Below, piece after piece: positions 35,212 through 45,194 of a stretch of DNA of 64,000 nucleotides. Both the position numbers and the translations under genes were made by a program. The notes under the pieces are model-generated. The model had not been told where the DNA came from, ran no database searches, and saw nothing but the letters and a program-made list of their open reading frames with translations. Position 1 is the first letter of the stretch, and each line of letters begins with the position of its first letter. The stretch comes from an uncultured Elusimicrobia bacterium (GTDB taxonomy: Bacteria; Elusimicrobiota; Elusimicrobia; UBA1565; UBA9628): the NCBI GenBank assembly GCA_903881545.1, contig CAIRTQ010000048.1, positions 25,914 to 89,913 on the forward strand, given 5' to 3'.

Positions 35212-35482
35212 GGCCTTCCTGCAAGGCGGCGACCACCAGATGCCGGCAGATGACGGGGCCCTTGTTCATCCGCCGGACCAGCCCTCCCCAGGCCCAATCC
35301 CGGCAGGTGCAGTAGTGCCGGCCCTGGCCCGAGATGTCGAGGTACACATAGCAGGTCCGGCCGTTGTGGCGGGCGCGCAGGACGATCTCCGAGGCCTTGC
35401 GTTCGATCTCATCGAGGCGGACCTCGTCGCGGCTCTTGCGGGAGAACCACCCCGCGATGGACTTCCGCGGCATGGCGATCAT
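35177..35482 (-). CDS. SWIM zinc-finger protein (paralogue)
   Basis: HYCTCRDW...CRHLVVAAL is a SWIM signature. Overlaps both neighbours. Confidence 0.5.
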   Translation of the reverse strand: MIAMPRKSIAGWFSRKSRDEVRLDEIERKASEIVLRARHNGRTCYVYLDISGQGRHYCTCRDWAWGGLVRRMNKGPVICRHLVVAALQEGHAALLLSALAA

Positions 35483-36807
35483 GACCCGGCCTCGATCCCT
35501 TTCGGAAGGTCCTTCTTTCCGTTGCCGTTGCTGGCTCCGTTGCCGGCGCCGTTGCCGCTGGGGACCGCGAAGCCGACCGAGGCCAGGGGCTTGAGGGCGC
35601 CGTCCGCCTTGAAGTTCGTGTCGAGCTGGGACCTGAGCTTGGCGACGCTGTCTGTAAGGTCCGTGTCGCGCGACGGCCGGCCTTCGTTGACGCCGTGCAG
35701 AAGGGCCGCGACCGCGGTTTCCTGGACATAGGCCATGGAGAACCCGTGGCTGTCCCGCGCGGCGCGGCGCAGGGCCGCCTCGCCGAAGCGGCCGAGCCCC
35801 TTCTTGCGCAGGAGGCGCAGGCGCTCGTCCTCGCCGGGCAGGCCGAAATGCCAGACCTTGTCGAATCGGCTGGGCCGGTTGAGCAGGGCGGGGTCGAGCT
35901 TTTCCGGGGCGTTGGTCGTGGCGATGACGATGAGCCCGTCCGGCGCGGTGATGCCGTCGAGCAGGTTCAGGAGGTAGGACAGAGAGACCTTCGTGCCGTC
36001 TTGCAGGCGGTCGAGGTCTTCCAGGATGAGGATGGCTGGCCCTTCCTCGGACGGCATGCGGAAGGCGCGCGCCAGGGTGGCGTCGTCGATGTCGCTCTTG
36101 AGCGGCAGGAGGAATATGCCGACCTTGGTGTTGGCGGCGATGATCTTGGCGGTCAAGGTCTTGCCGCAGCCGGGAGGGCCGGAGAACAGGAATCCGCGGC
36201 GGAAGGGAAGGTTGAGTTCCTTGTAGAGCGGCTTGGCTTTGAGGAAGCTGCGTACGCTGTCGCGGATCTCCTCGATGCGGCCGGTAGGCAGGACCACGTC
36301 GTCCCAGCCGAGCTTGGGCCGCGGGATGGGGCCCTCCTGGAAGATGTAGATGCAGGAGGTCCTGGAGTTGAAGCGGCGCTCGAATGCCTTGAGCTCGCGC
36401 CAGAGGTCTTCGAGAGCGTCGCGGTCCTTGATGGCGATCAGCGTGCTTGGTTCCTCCCCGAAGCGCATCACCAGGGAGAACCTCTGATAATGGACGGGGG
36501 TATTCTTCCAGACGAAATCAATCTCGCCGACCCAGGTCTCCTCGTCTATCCCCGCGCCGCGGCGGTGCAGGGGGGGAGTGAGCAGGCTCTGGCGCCGTCC
36601 GGACTTCCCGGAGTCCCAGTCGATGCTGGGAGAGACTTCTTCGCGGACGACGGCGCCCGGCGCATGGGAGCGCAGGAAGGCGGGCAGGAGCGCGTGGCTC
36701 ACGCTCGACGCATGGGGTGCGATGCGGTAGGTCAGCCAGCCGTCCGACAAGGGGTGCTTGCGCCGGAACTCGGCCAGCTTTTCATCGATGAAGTGTGAAT
36801 CGCTCAT
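35479..36807 (-). CDS. Classic-clade AAA ATPase with an N-terminal domain
   Basis: LFSGPPGCGKTLTAK (Walker A), ILILEDLDRL (Walker B), ATTNAPEKLDPALLNRPSRFDKV (second region of homology). Gly/Asn-rich C-tail. Confidence 0.7.
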   Translation of the reverse strand: MSDSHFIDEKLAEFRRKHPLSDGWLTYRIAPHASSVSHALLPAFLRSHAPGAVVREEVSPSIDWDSGKSGRRQSLLTPPLHRRGAGIDEETWVGEIDFVWKNTPVHYQRFSLVMRFGEEPSTLIAIKDRDALEDLWRELKAFERRFNSRTSCIYIFQEGPIPRPKLGWDDVVLPTGRIEEIRDSVRSFLKAKPLYKELNLPFRRGFLFSGPPGCGKTLTAKIIAANTKVGIFLLPLKSDIDDATLARAFRMPSEEGPAILILEDLDRLQDGTKVSLSYLLNLLDGITAPDGLIVIATTNAPEKLDPALLNRPSRFDKVWHFGLPGEDERLRLLRKKGLGRFGEAALRRAARDSHGFSMAYVQETAVAALLHGVNEGRPSRDTDLTDSVAKLRSQLDTNFKADGALKPLASVGFAVPSGNGAGNGASNGNGKKDLPKGIEAGS

Positions 36808-36870
36808 ATCATTCCTCCTGCTTATGAAACGGCCCCGGCAGGCGCCAGGTTGCAGTCCGGCGCGATGCTC

Positions 36871-38127
36871 CTAGGCCGAAAAGCCGATGGACTGCGGGCT
36901 GCCGACAGCGGCGCTGCCGCTGGAAGCCTCCTTGATCTGGACTTTGAGCTGGGCCACGGCCGTGTCCAGATGCGCGTCAACGGCCTTGACCTTGGCGTGC
37001 AGGGCCGCGAGCATGGCGCTGGTAAGGGCTTCCTGGACATAGGCCATGGAGAAGCCCTGGGAGGCCTTGGCGGCGCGTTCGACGGCGGCGTCGGAAAAGC
37101 CGGCCCGGTTCTTGAGCTTGAGCAGGGCGAGGCGCTCGGCGAAGCCGGGGAGCTTGAACTCCCAGACCCGGTCGAAGCGGCTGGGCCGGTGCAGGAGCGC
37201 GGGGTCGAGCCGCCCCGGGTTGTTGGTGGTGGCGATGACGATGATGCCTTCCGGACAGCTGAGGCCGTCGAGTGTGTTGAGCAGGTAGGCCAGGGACACC
37301 TGCCTGCTGTCCACCATCTTGTCGAGGTCTTCGAGCAGGAGCACGCAGGGCGCGTTGTGCACGGCCGTCGAAAAGGCCTGGTCCATGGTCCTTTCGTCGA
37401 GGTTGCTCTTGATGAGCAGGGTGACCATGTTGACGCGGTATTCGGACGCGATGACCTTGCTCACCAAGGTCTTGCCGTTGCCGGGGGGGCCGATGAAGAG
37501 GAAGCCGCGGCGGTAGGGCAAGCCCATCTCTTTGTACGCCGGGCGCGCTTTGAGGAAGGCTTCGAAGTTGTCGCGGATCTGGGCTTTCATGCCGTCGGGC
37601 AGGACCACGTCCGTCCAGCGCTGCTTCGGCCTGGGCAGGTCCGGCCCGTTGATCACGTTGATCTTCCTGATGAAGGTGTGCCGGCGTTGTTTACAGAAAC
37701 GCAGCCCTTCTTTCCAGAATGACTCCAGGGCGGCCAGGTCCGTGGTCGCGATGAAAGTGAGCTCATGGGCGGTGGGGCCTTCCCTGGGAGCCCACAGCCG
37801 GCGCAAATGGATGCGGGCGCCGCGCCATTTGAGGCTGATGTCGCCTTGCCAGTCGTACTCGATGGCGCCCTTGCCGCGGAGCATGCGGGGGAGGTAGGTC
37901 AGGCGTTCCCGGACATGGCCCTGGTCGTAGAAGATATGAGTGACGATGGCCTCATCGAAGTCCGCGGGCTTGAGCGCGGAGCGCAGGAAGGCCGGAGCCT
38001 TCGGTATGAAGGACATGTAAGAGTTCGCGCAGAGATGGACATGCCAGCCGTCCTCGGCCGGATGCCGGGCGCGGAACCGGGAGCGTTCGTCCTTTATGAA
38101 TTCGTGAAGGGTCATGGGTGCCTCCAC
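36871..38127 (-). CDS. Classic-clade AAA ATPase (paralogue of 35479-36807)
   Basis: LFIGPPGNGKTLVSK, LLLEDLDKM, ATTNNPGRLDPALLHRPSRFDRV. N-terminal domain similar to the paralogue. Confidence 0.7.
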   Translation of the reverse strand: MEAPMTLHEFIKDERSRFRARHPAEDGWHVHLCANSYMSFIPKAPAFLRSALKPADFDEAIVTHIFYDQGHVRERLTYLPRMLRGKGAIEYDWQGDISLKWRGARIHLRRLWAPREGPTAHELTFIATTDLAALESFWKEGLRFCKQRRHTFIRKINVINGPDLPRPKQRWTDVVLPDGMKAQIRDNFEAFLKARPAYKEMGLPYRRGFLFIGPPGNGKTLVSKVIASEYRVNMVTLLIKSNLDERTMDQAFSTAVHNAPCVLLLEDLDKMVDSRQVSLAYLLNTLDGLSCPEGIIVIATTNNPGRLDPALLHRPSRFDRVWEFKLPGFAERLALLKLKNRAGFSDAAVERAAKASQGFSMAYVQEALTSAMLAALHAKVKAVDAHLDTAVAQLKVQIKEASSGSAAVGSPQSIGFSA

Positions 38128-38278
38128 TCAATGAACGCCCTCAGGGAACGATAGGTTGCAGATAGCCTCGGTGAGGACAGAAGACGGATGCAACATTCCT
38201 GCCCCCAGCGGCGTTTAGTCAAGCAGAAGCGACTCACTAAACGGTCAAGCTAAACCATAAGGAAGGCGGTCCAAGACC

Positions 38279-39607
38279 ATGAATCTCATTATCCACCGCG
38301 GCACCCAAGAAATCGGCGGCACCCTCATCGAGCTCCTCTCCGGCAAATCCCGCATCATCCTCGACGCCGGCCTCCCTCTCATGGACCCCGGCGACAAAAC
38401 CAAGAAGCTCACGCTCAACCTCCGCGGCAAGACCACCAAACAACTCCGCGACCTCGGCATCCTCCCCGCCGTGCGCGGCCTCTGGGCCGGCCTCGACGAC
38501 GGCCCCTCCGTTGACGCCGTCCTCCTCTCCCATCCCCATCAGGACCACTACGGCCTGCTCCGCTACATCCGTTCCGGCATCCCCATCTATCTCAGCGCCG
38601 ACACCCTGCGCATCCTCAACCGCTCCAATGTCTTCATCAAGCCCGGCGTCCAGGTGCGCGACGCCCAGTTCCTCAACCACCGCAAGCCCAAAAGGGTCGG
38701 GGAAACTCCCTTCACAGTCACGCCCTACACTATGGACCACTCCGCCTACGGCGCCATGGCCTTCCTGATCGAGGCCGACGGCAAGCGGCTCTTCTACACC
38801 GGCGACTTCCGCGGGCACGGCCGCAAGGCCGCGCTCTTCGAAGAGCTTTGCGCGGAGCCTCCCCGGCGCATAGACCGCCTCCTCATCGAAGGCACCACCC
38901 TCGGCAGCGACAGCCATGATGACAAGACGGAAGGGCAGCTTGAAAACGAGCTCATCAAGGCTTTCCGGCAGTATTCCGGCCTCAAGCTCGTCAGCGTCTC
39001 CGGCCAGAACATAGACCGGCTCGTCACGCTCTACCGCGCCTGCAAGCGCTCCGGCCGCGTCCTGGTCATCGACCTCTACACCGCCGCCATCCTTGAGGGC
39101 ACGAAGCGGAGCAGCATCCCGCATCCCGGCCCGGACTGGCGGGATGCGAAGCACCTGAGGATCCTGTTCACCAAGAAGTACGAGCAGATACTCCAGAAGA
39201 ACCCGTCCTATGACGAAGTCCTGGACCTCTCCGAACCCTTCCGCATCACGCAGGATGAGATCGGCCGCGACCCGGGCCGGCACGTGGTCATCTTCCGGGA
39301 TTCCTGCCTGGACGAGTACACGGCCATCGGAGACTGGGGCAAGGCCGCGCTCATCTACTCCCAATGGAAGGGCTACATGGACGAGCCGGCCTTCCAGAGG
39401 ACCGCGGCAAAGCTCAAAACCCGCGGGGTGGACATCCTTTCGCACCTGCACACCAGCGGGCACGCGTCCAAGGCCCATATAAGCAGACTAATCGAGGCGC
39501 TTGCGCCCAAGGTCCTGACGCCGATCCACACATTTCACGCGGACGCCTTCAAGGAACTCTGGCCCAAGGTCGAGCTTCTTGAGGACGGGATGCCGCATGA
39601 AGTCTAA
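38279..39607 (+). CDS. beta-CASP-family metallo-beta-lactamase-fold nuclease
   Basis: MBL motif VLLSHPHQDHYGLL. The beta-CASP motif C is HTSGHASKAH. Confidence 0.6.
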   Translation: MNLIIHRGTQEIGGTLIELLSGKSRIILDAGLPLMDPGDKTKKLTLNLRGKTTKQLRDLGILPAVRGLWAGLDDGPSVDAVLLSHPHQDHYGLLRYIRSGIPIYLSADTLRILNRSNVFIKPGVQVRDAQFLNHRKPKRVGETPFTVTPYTMDHSAYGAMAFLIEADGKRLFYTGDFRGHGRKAALFEELCAEPPRRIDRLLIEGTTLGSDSHDDKTEGQLENELIKAFRQYSGLKLVSVSGQNIDRLVTLYRACKRSGRVLVIDLYTAAILEGTKRSSIPHPGPDWRDAKHLRILFTKKYEQILQKNPSYDEVLDLSEPFRITQDEIGRDPGRHVVIFRDSCLDEYTAIGDWGKAALIYSQWKGYMDEPAFQRTAAKLKTRGVDILSHLHTSGHASKAHISRLIEALAPKVLTPIHTFHADAFKELWPKVELLEDGMPHEV

Positions 39608-40177
39608 CGATGCCGGAGGACTCAGCCTATGAAGAAATGCCCCTATTGCAGCCGAGCCATGACGGACGCGCTGGCGCGAAAGTCCGAGGAATTGGACCGC
39701 CTCTGCAAGGTGCAAGAAGCTCTTAAGCGGCAGATAACGGATACGGGAATGGCGGCAAGAGCGTCGAAGAGCCGATCAATGAAGCGGCATTCAGAGGATA
39801 AAATCGCGTCCATGCAGAAGAGCCTTCAGCGGGTCGAGCGCGCTTTCAGGAACCACCGCCGCTTGCGGCGTCCGCCGCGCTAAACCGCTGCTCAAAGAGC
39901 GCCTTAGCAGGGCTACAGGTTGCAGGACCGGACTGTTCTTATTGCGGGGCGGGCGGATCGTCTTGCCGCAGAAGCTCGCTGAGCTCGCGCAGTGCCTCGA
40001 CGGCCTCTTTGGAGAACGCAGCGCGGTTGGCGCGGTAGGCGGCGCGCAAAGTCACAAGGACGCCCTCGCAGTGGGCCTTCAGGGCCGCGTCGGTGGGGTC
40101 GCCGTCGGCTAGGCGCTCTTGGAGGTCGAGGACGGCCGCGTCTACCGCTTTGCGGTCTGCCGGGGGGGACGCCATGC

Positions 40178-41566
40178 TCAGCCCGCCTCTTCCATCTGCA
40201 CCGGCACCGGCAAGGGTTCCTGCATCGGCGGCGGCATCCGCACGACCACCTTGTGCTTCCAGCGTCCCGTCTTATAATACCCGACCGAAAGAGCCAGCCC
40301 CACGGCCCAGGCGATGGGCACGCCCCACCAGATGCCGTCGGTGCCGATGCGGCGCGCCAGCGCGACCGAGATCGGGATGCGGATGAGCCACAGCGACAGG
40401 ATGGTGATGAACATCGGGATCATCGTATCCCCGGCCCCGCGCAGCAGGCCCGTGATCACGAACATGCTCGAAAAGACCGCGTAGAACCCGCCCACGATCA
40501 GCAGATAGCGCGAGCCGATGGCCACCACGGCGGGGTCCGCGTTGAACAGCCCCACCAAGGGCTTGCCGAAGAAGATGACCGCCACGGTCGTCACCGCCGA
40601 GAAGCACCCGGCGATCAGCAGTCCCGCCCGGAGCCCGTGCTTGACCCTTTCCATCTTGCCCGCCCCCAGGTTCTGGCCCGTGAAGGTCGAGACCGCCGCG
40701 GCCAGGTTCATGGCCGGCATGACCGCGAAAGCATCCAGGCGGCCCGCCGCGGTGAAGGCCGCGATGGCGTCCGTGCCGAAGGCGTTGACGATGCGCGCTA
40801 AAGCCATCATCCCGGTGGCCACCAGCACCTGCTGGACGCCCGTGGGCAGACCGATGGCCAGGCCTTTCTTGAAGATATCCCAATCGAACGCCAGGCCGGT
40901 CCAGCGGGGCCGGACCACCTTATGGGAACGGTTGAGGTGGATGACGCCCAGGGTGAAGGCCGTCGCCTGCGCGATGACGGTCGCCCAGGCCGAGCCGGCG
41001 ATGCCCCAATGGAGGACCAAGACGAAGAACGCCACCAAGGCGATGTTGAGCACGGTCGAGACCATGAGGAAATAGAGCGGCGTCTTGGAGTCGCCCAGGC
41101 CGCGCAGGATGGCGCTGATGGTGGCGAAGCCGAAGAGGAACAGCATCCCCGCGAACATGATGTTCAAGAAGGTCGTGGCCTGGGCCAGCAGTTCCGGCGG
41201 GGTCTTGAGCATCACCAGCACGGGGCGGGAAAGCCAGAGGCCGGCCGCGGTGATGGCCAGCGAGGCGAAGAACACGAAGACGAGAGATGTGTCTATGGCG
41301 CGCTGGACCTTGTGCATCTGCTTGGCGCCGTAGTATTGGGAGATGAGGATGGAGAACCCCATGGTCACGCCGATGCTCAAGGCGATGAGCAGGAAGATGA
41401 TGGGAAAGCTCGCGCCCACCGCGGCCAGGGCGGTCTTGCCGATGGCCCGTCCCACGATGACGCTGTCCACTACGTTGTAGGACTGCTGGAACACGTTGCC
41501 GATGAGCATGGGCACGGCGAAGTTCAGGATCAGCTTGCCTTCAGAGCCGGTGGTCAGGTCTTTCAT
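40178..41566 (-). CDS. MATE-family efflux transporter
   Basis: FAVPMLIGNVFQQSYNVVDSVIVGRAIG and ~12 predicted transmembrane helices. Start taken at the internal Met (MKDLTTG). Confidence 0.8.
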   Translation of the reverse strand: MKDLTTGSEGKLILNFAVPMLIGNVFQQSYNVVDSVIVGRAIGKTALAAVGASFPIIFLLIALSIGVTMGFSILISQYYGAKQMHKVQRAIDTSLVFVFFASLAITAAGLWLSRPVLVMLKTPPELLAQATTFLNIMFAGMLFLFGFATISAILRGLGDSKTPLYFLMVSTVLNIALVAFFVLVLHWGIAGSAWATVIAQATAFTLGVIHLNRSHKVVRPRWTGLAFDWDIFKKGLAIGLPTGVQQVLVATGMMALARIVNAFGTDAIAAFTAAGRLDAFAVMPAMNLAAAVSTFTGQNLGAGKMERVKHGLRAGLLIAGCFSAVTTVAVIFFGKPLVGLFNADPAVVAIGSRYLLIVGGFYAVFSSMFVITGLLRGAGDTMIPMFITILSLWLIRIPISVALARRIGTDGIWWGVPIAWAVGLALSVGYYKTGRWKHKVVVRMPPPMQEPLPVPVQMEEAG

Positions 41567-41665
41567 AGCGGGTGCCAATAGGGTATCAAAAATCGATTCG
41601 GCCTTGATTGGTCCGGCGGGCGCAAGACAGGGTGCGCGGGCAGGATTTGATAGAATCCTGTCCCG

Positions 41666-42877
41666 ATGACAGCCCGGCTGACCCCGCCGCTCGCTAAGGA
41701 CCTCTTCGATTTCCCGCCGGATCTGGTCTGGGCCTTGCACTGCGCCAAAGGGCCCGTGCCCCGGTCGGCGGTGCAGGCCGCGCGGGACTTCCTGAACCTG
41801 GAACTGCGGCCTTGGGAGAGCGGCCCGGACAATTGGCTTAAGCCCACCCAGAGCCTGCGCGAGGAAGCGGCGCGGCTCTGCAGCGCCCGCGCCGAGGACT
41901 TCACCTTGGTCGCCAGCACCTCGGACGGCCTAACGAAGGTGGCGCAAAGCTATCCGTGGCGCGAAGGCGACGAGGCGCTCGCTCCGCTGGGCGAGTTCCC
42001 CAGCAACGCCTGGCCGTGGAAGGCCCTGGCGGCGCACGGGGTGAGCTGGCGCGAGGTCCCGCTTTGGGATGGTCATAAGGCGGGACGCGACGCCTTGGCC
42101 GGCGCTCCGCCTGCCGCGGGCCTGAAACCCGAACAGAGTCTATTGGAAGCCATCGGCACCCGCACGAGGATCCTTACCGTCTCCTGGGTCCGCTTCCAGG
42201 ACGGCCTGCGCCTGGACCTCAAGCGTCTGGCCGCGGGCTGCGCCGAGCGCGGGGTGGACCTTGTGGTGGACGGCATCCAGGGCGCCGGGACATTGCCCGT
42301 TGTGCTCGAGGGCCTCGCCGCTTTCTGCACCGGCGTGCACAAAGGCCTGCTTTCTCCTCAGGGCGTGGGCCTGCTCTGGACGGACCCTGGTTTTCGCGCC
42401 CGTCTTAACCCCATGGGCTCCTGGCTCTCCGTGGAACAGGGGGCGGATTTCTCGCGGCCGGTGACGGATTTCGAGCGGGCCTGGCTTGGCGACGGCCGCA
42501 AGCTTGAGCAGGGCGGATCGGGCGGACTGCTTCTGACCGCCGCGGCCGCGTCGCTGGCCGCGCTCAACCGGGCCGGAACCGAGGACATCGCCCGGCATGT
42601 CGACGCCCTACAGGCTGAATTCCTGCGCCGCCTGGCGGGCAGCGGCCAGTGGGGGGAAGAAGCTCGCCGGCTTGAAGCCCTGCGGGCGGAGAATAGGCTG
42701 GGGCCTATCTTGAGCCTGCATCATCGCGGCCGCGGGATGGCGGCGCTGGATGCCGCGCAAAAGGCAGGCCTGGGCCGCCGGATATTCACTTCCACTCGCG
42801 AAGGCTATCTGCGCATCGCCCTGCACGGCTGGCATGACGACCGGGATATCGCCCGGCTGGTCGACTGGCTGGCCTAA
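41666..42877 (+). CDS. Aminotransferase class V-fold PLP enzyme (cysteine-desulfurase-like)
   Basis: LVVDGIQGAG and the PLP-lysine motif CTGVHKGLLSPQG. Confidence 0.55.
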   Translation: MTARLTPPLAKDLFDFPPDLVWALHCAKGPVPRSAVQAARDFLNLELRPWESGPDNWLKPTQSLREEAARLCSARAEDFTLVASTSDGLTKVAQSYPWREGDEALAPLGEFPSNAWPWKALAAHGVSWREVPLWDGHKAGRDALAGAPPAAGLKPEQSLLEAIGTRTRILTVSWVRFQDGLRLDLKRLAAGCAERGVDLVVDGIQGAGTLPVVLEGLAAFCTGVHKGLLSPQGVGLLWTDPGFRARLNPMGSWLSVEQGADFSRPVTDFERAWLGDGRKLEQGGSGGLLLTAAAASLAALNRAGTEDIARHVDALQAEFLRRLAGSGQWGEEARRLEALRAENRLGPILSLHHRGRGMAALDAAQKAGLGRRIFTSTREGYLRIALHGWHDDRDIARLVDWLA

Positions 42878-42968
42878 AAGCGCCAGGGGAGGTGTTCGGC
42901 ACCATCCCCAACGGACCGTCCGGGTATTAATTTGGATATGATGTATCATACGGAACAAGCCGCAGCGC

Positions 42969-44441
42969 ATGGAGGTCAGGAATATGTCGAACGCTATCGC
43001 AGGCCTACAGCCGCAACTGATCTGGAAATACTTCGCGGAGATATCCCGCATCCCCCGCGGCTCCAAGAACGAGACAGCTATCTCCCAGTATGTCTTTGAA
43101 ACCGCCAAGAGACTGGGCCTCAAGGCCAAGCAGGACCGCCTTGGCAATGTGGTGGTCAAGAAGCCCGCTTCCCCCGGCAAGCGCGAGGCCCGGCCTATTT
43201 GCCTGCAAGGCCACCTCGACATGGTCTGCGAGAAGAACGCCGCCACGCAGCACGATTTCGCGAAGGACCCGATAGAGTTCGTGCGCCAGGGCGATGTCAT
43301 CAAGGCGAACGGCACGACGCTGGGCGGCGACAACGGCATCGCCGTGGCCACGAACCTTGCCATCATGGAAGACGCTTTGCTCGAGCACGGCCCGCTGGAA
43401 CTGCTCTTCACCGTGGATGAGGAGACCGGTCTGACCGGCGCCGCGAACCTTAAGCCGAATTTTCTGGAGAGCAAGCGGCTGTTGAACCTGGACTCCGAGG
43501 AGGACTGGGTGCTCACCGTGGGTTGCGCGGGCGGACGCGATACGCGCGGCATCTGGAAAACCAGGTTCGAACCGGCCCCGGCAGGGACGGCCGCGGTCTC
43601 CATCCAGGTCTCGGGCCTGCGCGGCGGCCACTCGGGGATGGATATCTCGGCCGGCCGGGGCAACGCCATCAAGCTCGCCAATCGGCTGGTCATGGAGCTG
43701 GCGGGCCTGGGCGCGCGCCTGGCCGTCATCAACGGCGGCAGCAAGCGCAACGCCATCCCGCGTGAATGCGAAGCGGTCCTCTTCGTGCCCCAGGACCAGA
43801 TGCAGAAGGCGCGGGAGGCCGCGGTCCGCTTCAACGCCACGGCGCGCGCCGAGTTCGCGACCGTGGAACCGGACCTTGCCGTCAAGCTGACGGAACCGTC
43901 CCGGCCTCCGGAAGCGAAGGTGCTTAAGGCTTCGCTCCAAAAGAAGCTATGCCGGACCATCTGCGCCCTGCCCCACGGCGTCATCAAGATGAGCGCGGAC
44001 ATCCCGGGGCTCGTCGAGACCTCCACCAACGTCGCGGTCATCGCCACGACCGAAGCGGCCGTGGAGCTGGCCACCAGCCAGCGCAGCTCCGTCGCCTCCG
44101 AGATCGAGGAGATCGTCCAGGCCGTGACGGCGGTCTTCGCCTTGGGCGGCGCGCGCGTCAAGTCCAGCGACGGCTATCCGGGCTGGGCTCCCAACCTGGG
44201 CTCGCCCATCCTCAAGCTGGCCAAGGAAACTTATAAGTCTCTCTTCGGCAAGGAGCCCGAGGTCAAGGCGATACACGCGGGGCTGGAGTGCGGCATCATC
44301 GGAGAGAGGTTCCCGGGGATGGACATGGTGTCCTTGGGGCCGACCCTGCACGACGTGCATTCCCCTGACGAGAAACTCGACATCCCCTCGGTCGAGAAAT
44401 TCTGGAAGTACCTGTCGGCGATCCTGAAAGCCGCGGACTAG
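42969..44441 (+). CDS. pepD: Aminoacyl-histidine dipeptidase (PepD, M20 family)
   Basis: GTTLGGDNGIAVA and the LQGHLDMVCEKN motifs are characteristic of PepD. Confidence 0.8.
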   Translation: MEVRNMSNAIAGLQPQLIWKYFAEISRIPRGSKNETAISQYVFETAKRLGLKAKQDRLGNVVVKKPASPGKREARPICLQGHLDMVCEKNAATQHDFAKDPIEFVRQGDVIKANGTTLGGDNGIAVATNLAIMEDALLEHGPLELLFTVDEETGLTGAANLKPNFLESKRLLNLDSEEDWVLTVGCAGGRDTRGIWKTRFEPAPAGTAAVSIQVSGLRGGHSGMDISAGRGNAIKLANRLVMELAGLGARLAVINGGSKRNAIPRECEAVLFVPQDQMQKAREAAVRFNATARAEFATVEPDLAVKLTEPSRPPEAKVLKASLQKKLCRTICALPHGVIKMSADIPGLVETSTNVAVIATTEAAVELATSQRSSVASEIEEIVQAVTAVFALGGARVKSSDGYPGWAPNLGSPILKLAKETYKSLFGKEPEVKAIHAGLECGIIGERFPGMDMVSLGPTLHDVHSPDEKLDIPSVEKFWKYLSAILKAAD

Positions 44442-44534
44442 GCGGTGGGGCCGCTCGGAGCTGCGGCTGAAAATTTGTTTAATATATGCCGTAGGCTTCA
44501 TATAGGAATATGAGAATATCGATGAGAGGGGGAA

Positions 44535-45194
44535 ATGCAGCTTTCCATCCGTGAGGCGGCCCGGCTGCTCAATGTCGAGGAGCGGCAGGTGTATCGCTGG
44601 CTGGATGCCGGCGACATCCCGGCCTGCCGGATCGGAGACGAGGCGCGTTTCAACCGCGCCGAACTTCTGGAATGGGCGACCATGCGGAGGCTGCCGCTGT
44701 CCTCCGAACTGCTCCAGGAACCCGCCGACGGCTGCCGCCTGAGCCAGGCTCTGGAGGAAGGCGGCGTCCGCTACGGCCTGCGCGCCGTGGACCGGGCGCA
44801 AGCCTTTTCCGCCATGATCGCGGCCCTCCCGCTCCCGGAGGGGGCGGATCGTGAGACCATAGCGGGCCTGCTCCTGGCGCGCGGCGAGCACGCCATGACG
44901 CCGGTGGGCGACGGCATCGCCATACCTCACGTGCGCCAACCGGCGGTCCTGGAACTACCACGGCCGCTCGTGACCTTGCTTTTTTTCCAGGCGCCGGTGG
45001 ACCTCGGGGCTCCGGATGGGATTCCCGTGGGCACGATGTTCTTTCTTTTGAGCCCCACGGTGCGGGCCCATCTGCAGATCCTGTCGCGTCTGGCGGCGGC
45101 GCTGCGGGATCCGGGCCTGAAGGCGGCCTTGGCCCGCCAGGCGCCGGCGGCGGACATCCTGCGCGAGGTCCGGCGCATCGAGGGCATCGGCTGA
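44535..45194 (+). CDS. HTH (MerR/excisionase-type) plus PTS EIIA-2-like domain regulator
   Basis: N-terminal REAARLLNVEERQVYRWLDAGDIPACRIG. C-terminal PTS_EIIA_2 with GDGIAIPHVR (phospho-His motif). Sits directly upstream of the hydrogenase-like operon. Confidence 0.55.
   Translation: MQLSIREAARLLNVEERQVYRWLDAGDIPACRIGDEARFNRAELLEWATMRRLPLSSELLQEPADGCRLSQALEEGGVRYGLRAVDRAQAFSAMIAALPLPEGADRETIAGLLLARGEHAMTPVGDGIAIPHVRQPAVLELPRPLVTLLFFQAPVDLGAPDGIPVGTMFFLLSPTVRAHLQILSRLAAALRDPGLKAALARQAPAADILREVRRIEGIG

Noticed and set aside
35695-37722. Plus-strand ORFs (367 aa, 290 aa) antisense to the two AAA ATPase genes
   Set aside because: Gly/Ala/Glu/Asp-rich repetitive translations. The minus-strand genes carry complete Walker A, Walker B and second-region-of-homology motifs.
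38140-38160. Possible sigma-54 promoter (GG-N10-GC) at GGGAACGATAGGTTGCA
   Set aside because: The spacing between the GG and GC elements is off by one relative to the TGGCACG-N4-TTGCW consensus. The other copies of the TTGCAG motif lack an upstream GG at the correct distance.
38237-39478. 413-aa minus-strand ORF antisense to the beta-CASP MBL gene
   Set aside because: The translation is Gly/Ala/Val/Glu-rich and repetitive. The plus-strand gene has MBL and beta-CASP motifs.
39992-41581. Plus-strand ORFs (269 aa, 185 aa, 219 aa) overlapping the MATE transporter gene
   Set aside because: Arg/Gly/Asp-rich low-complexity translations. The minus-strand MATE gene is strongly supported.
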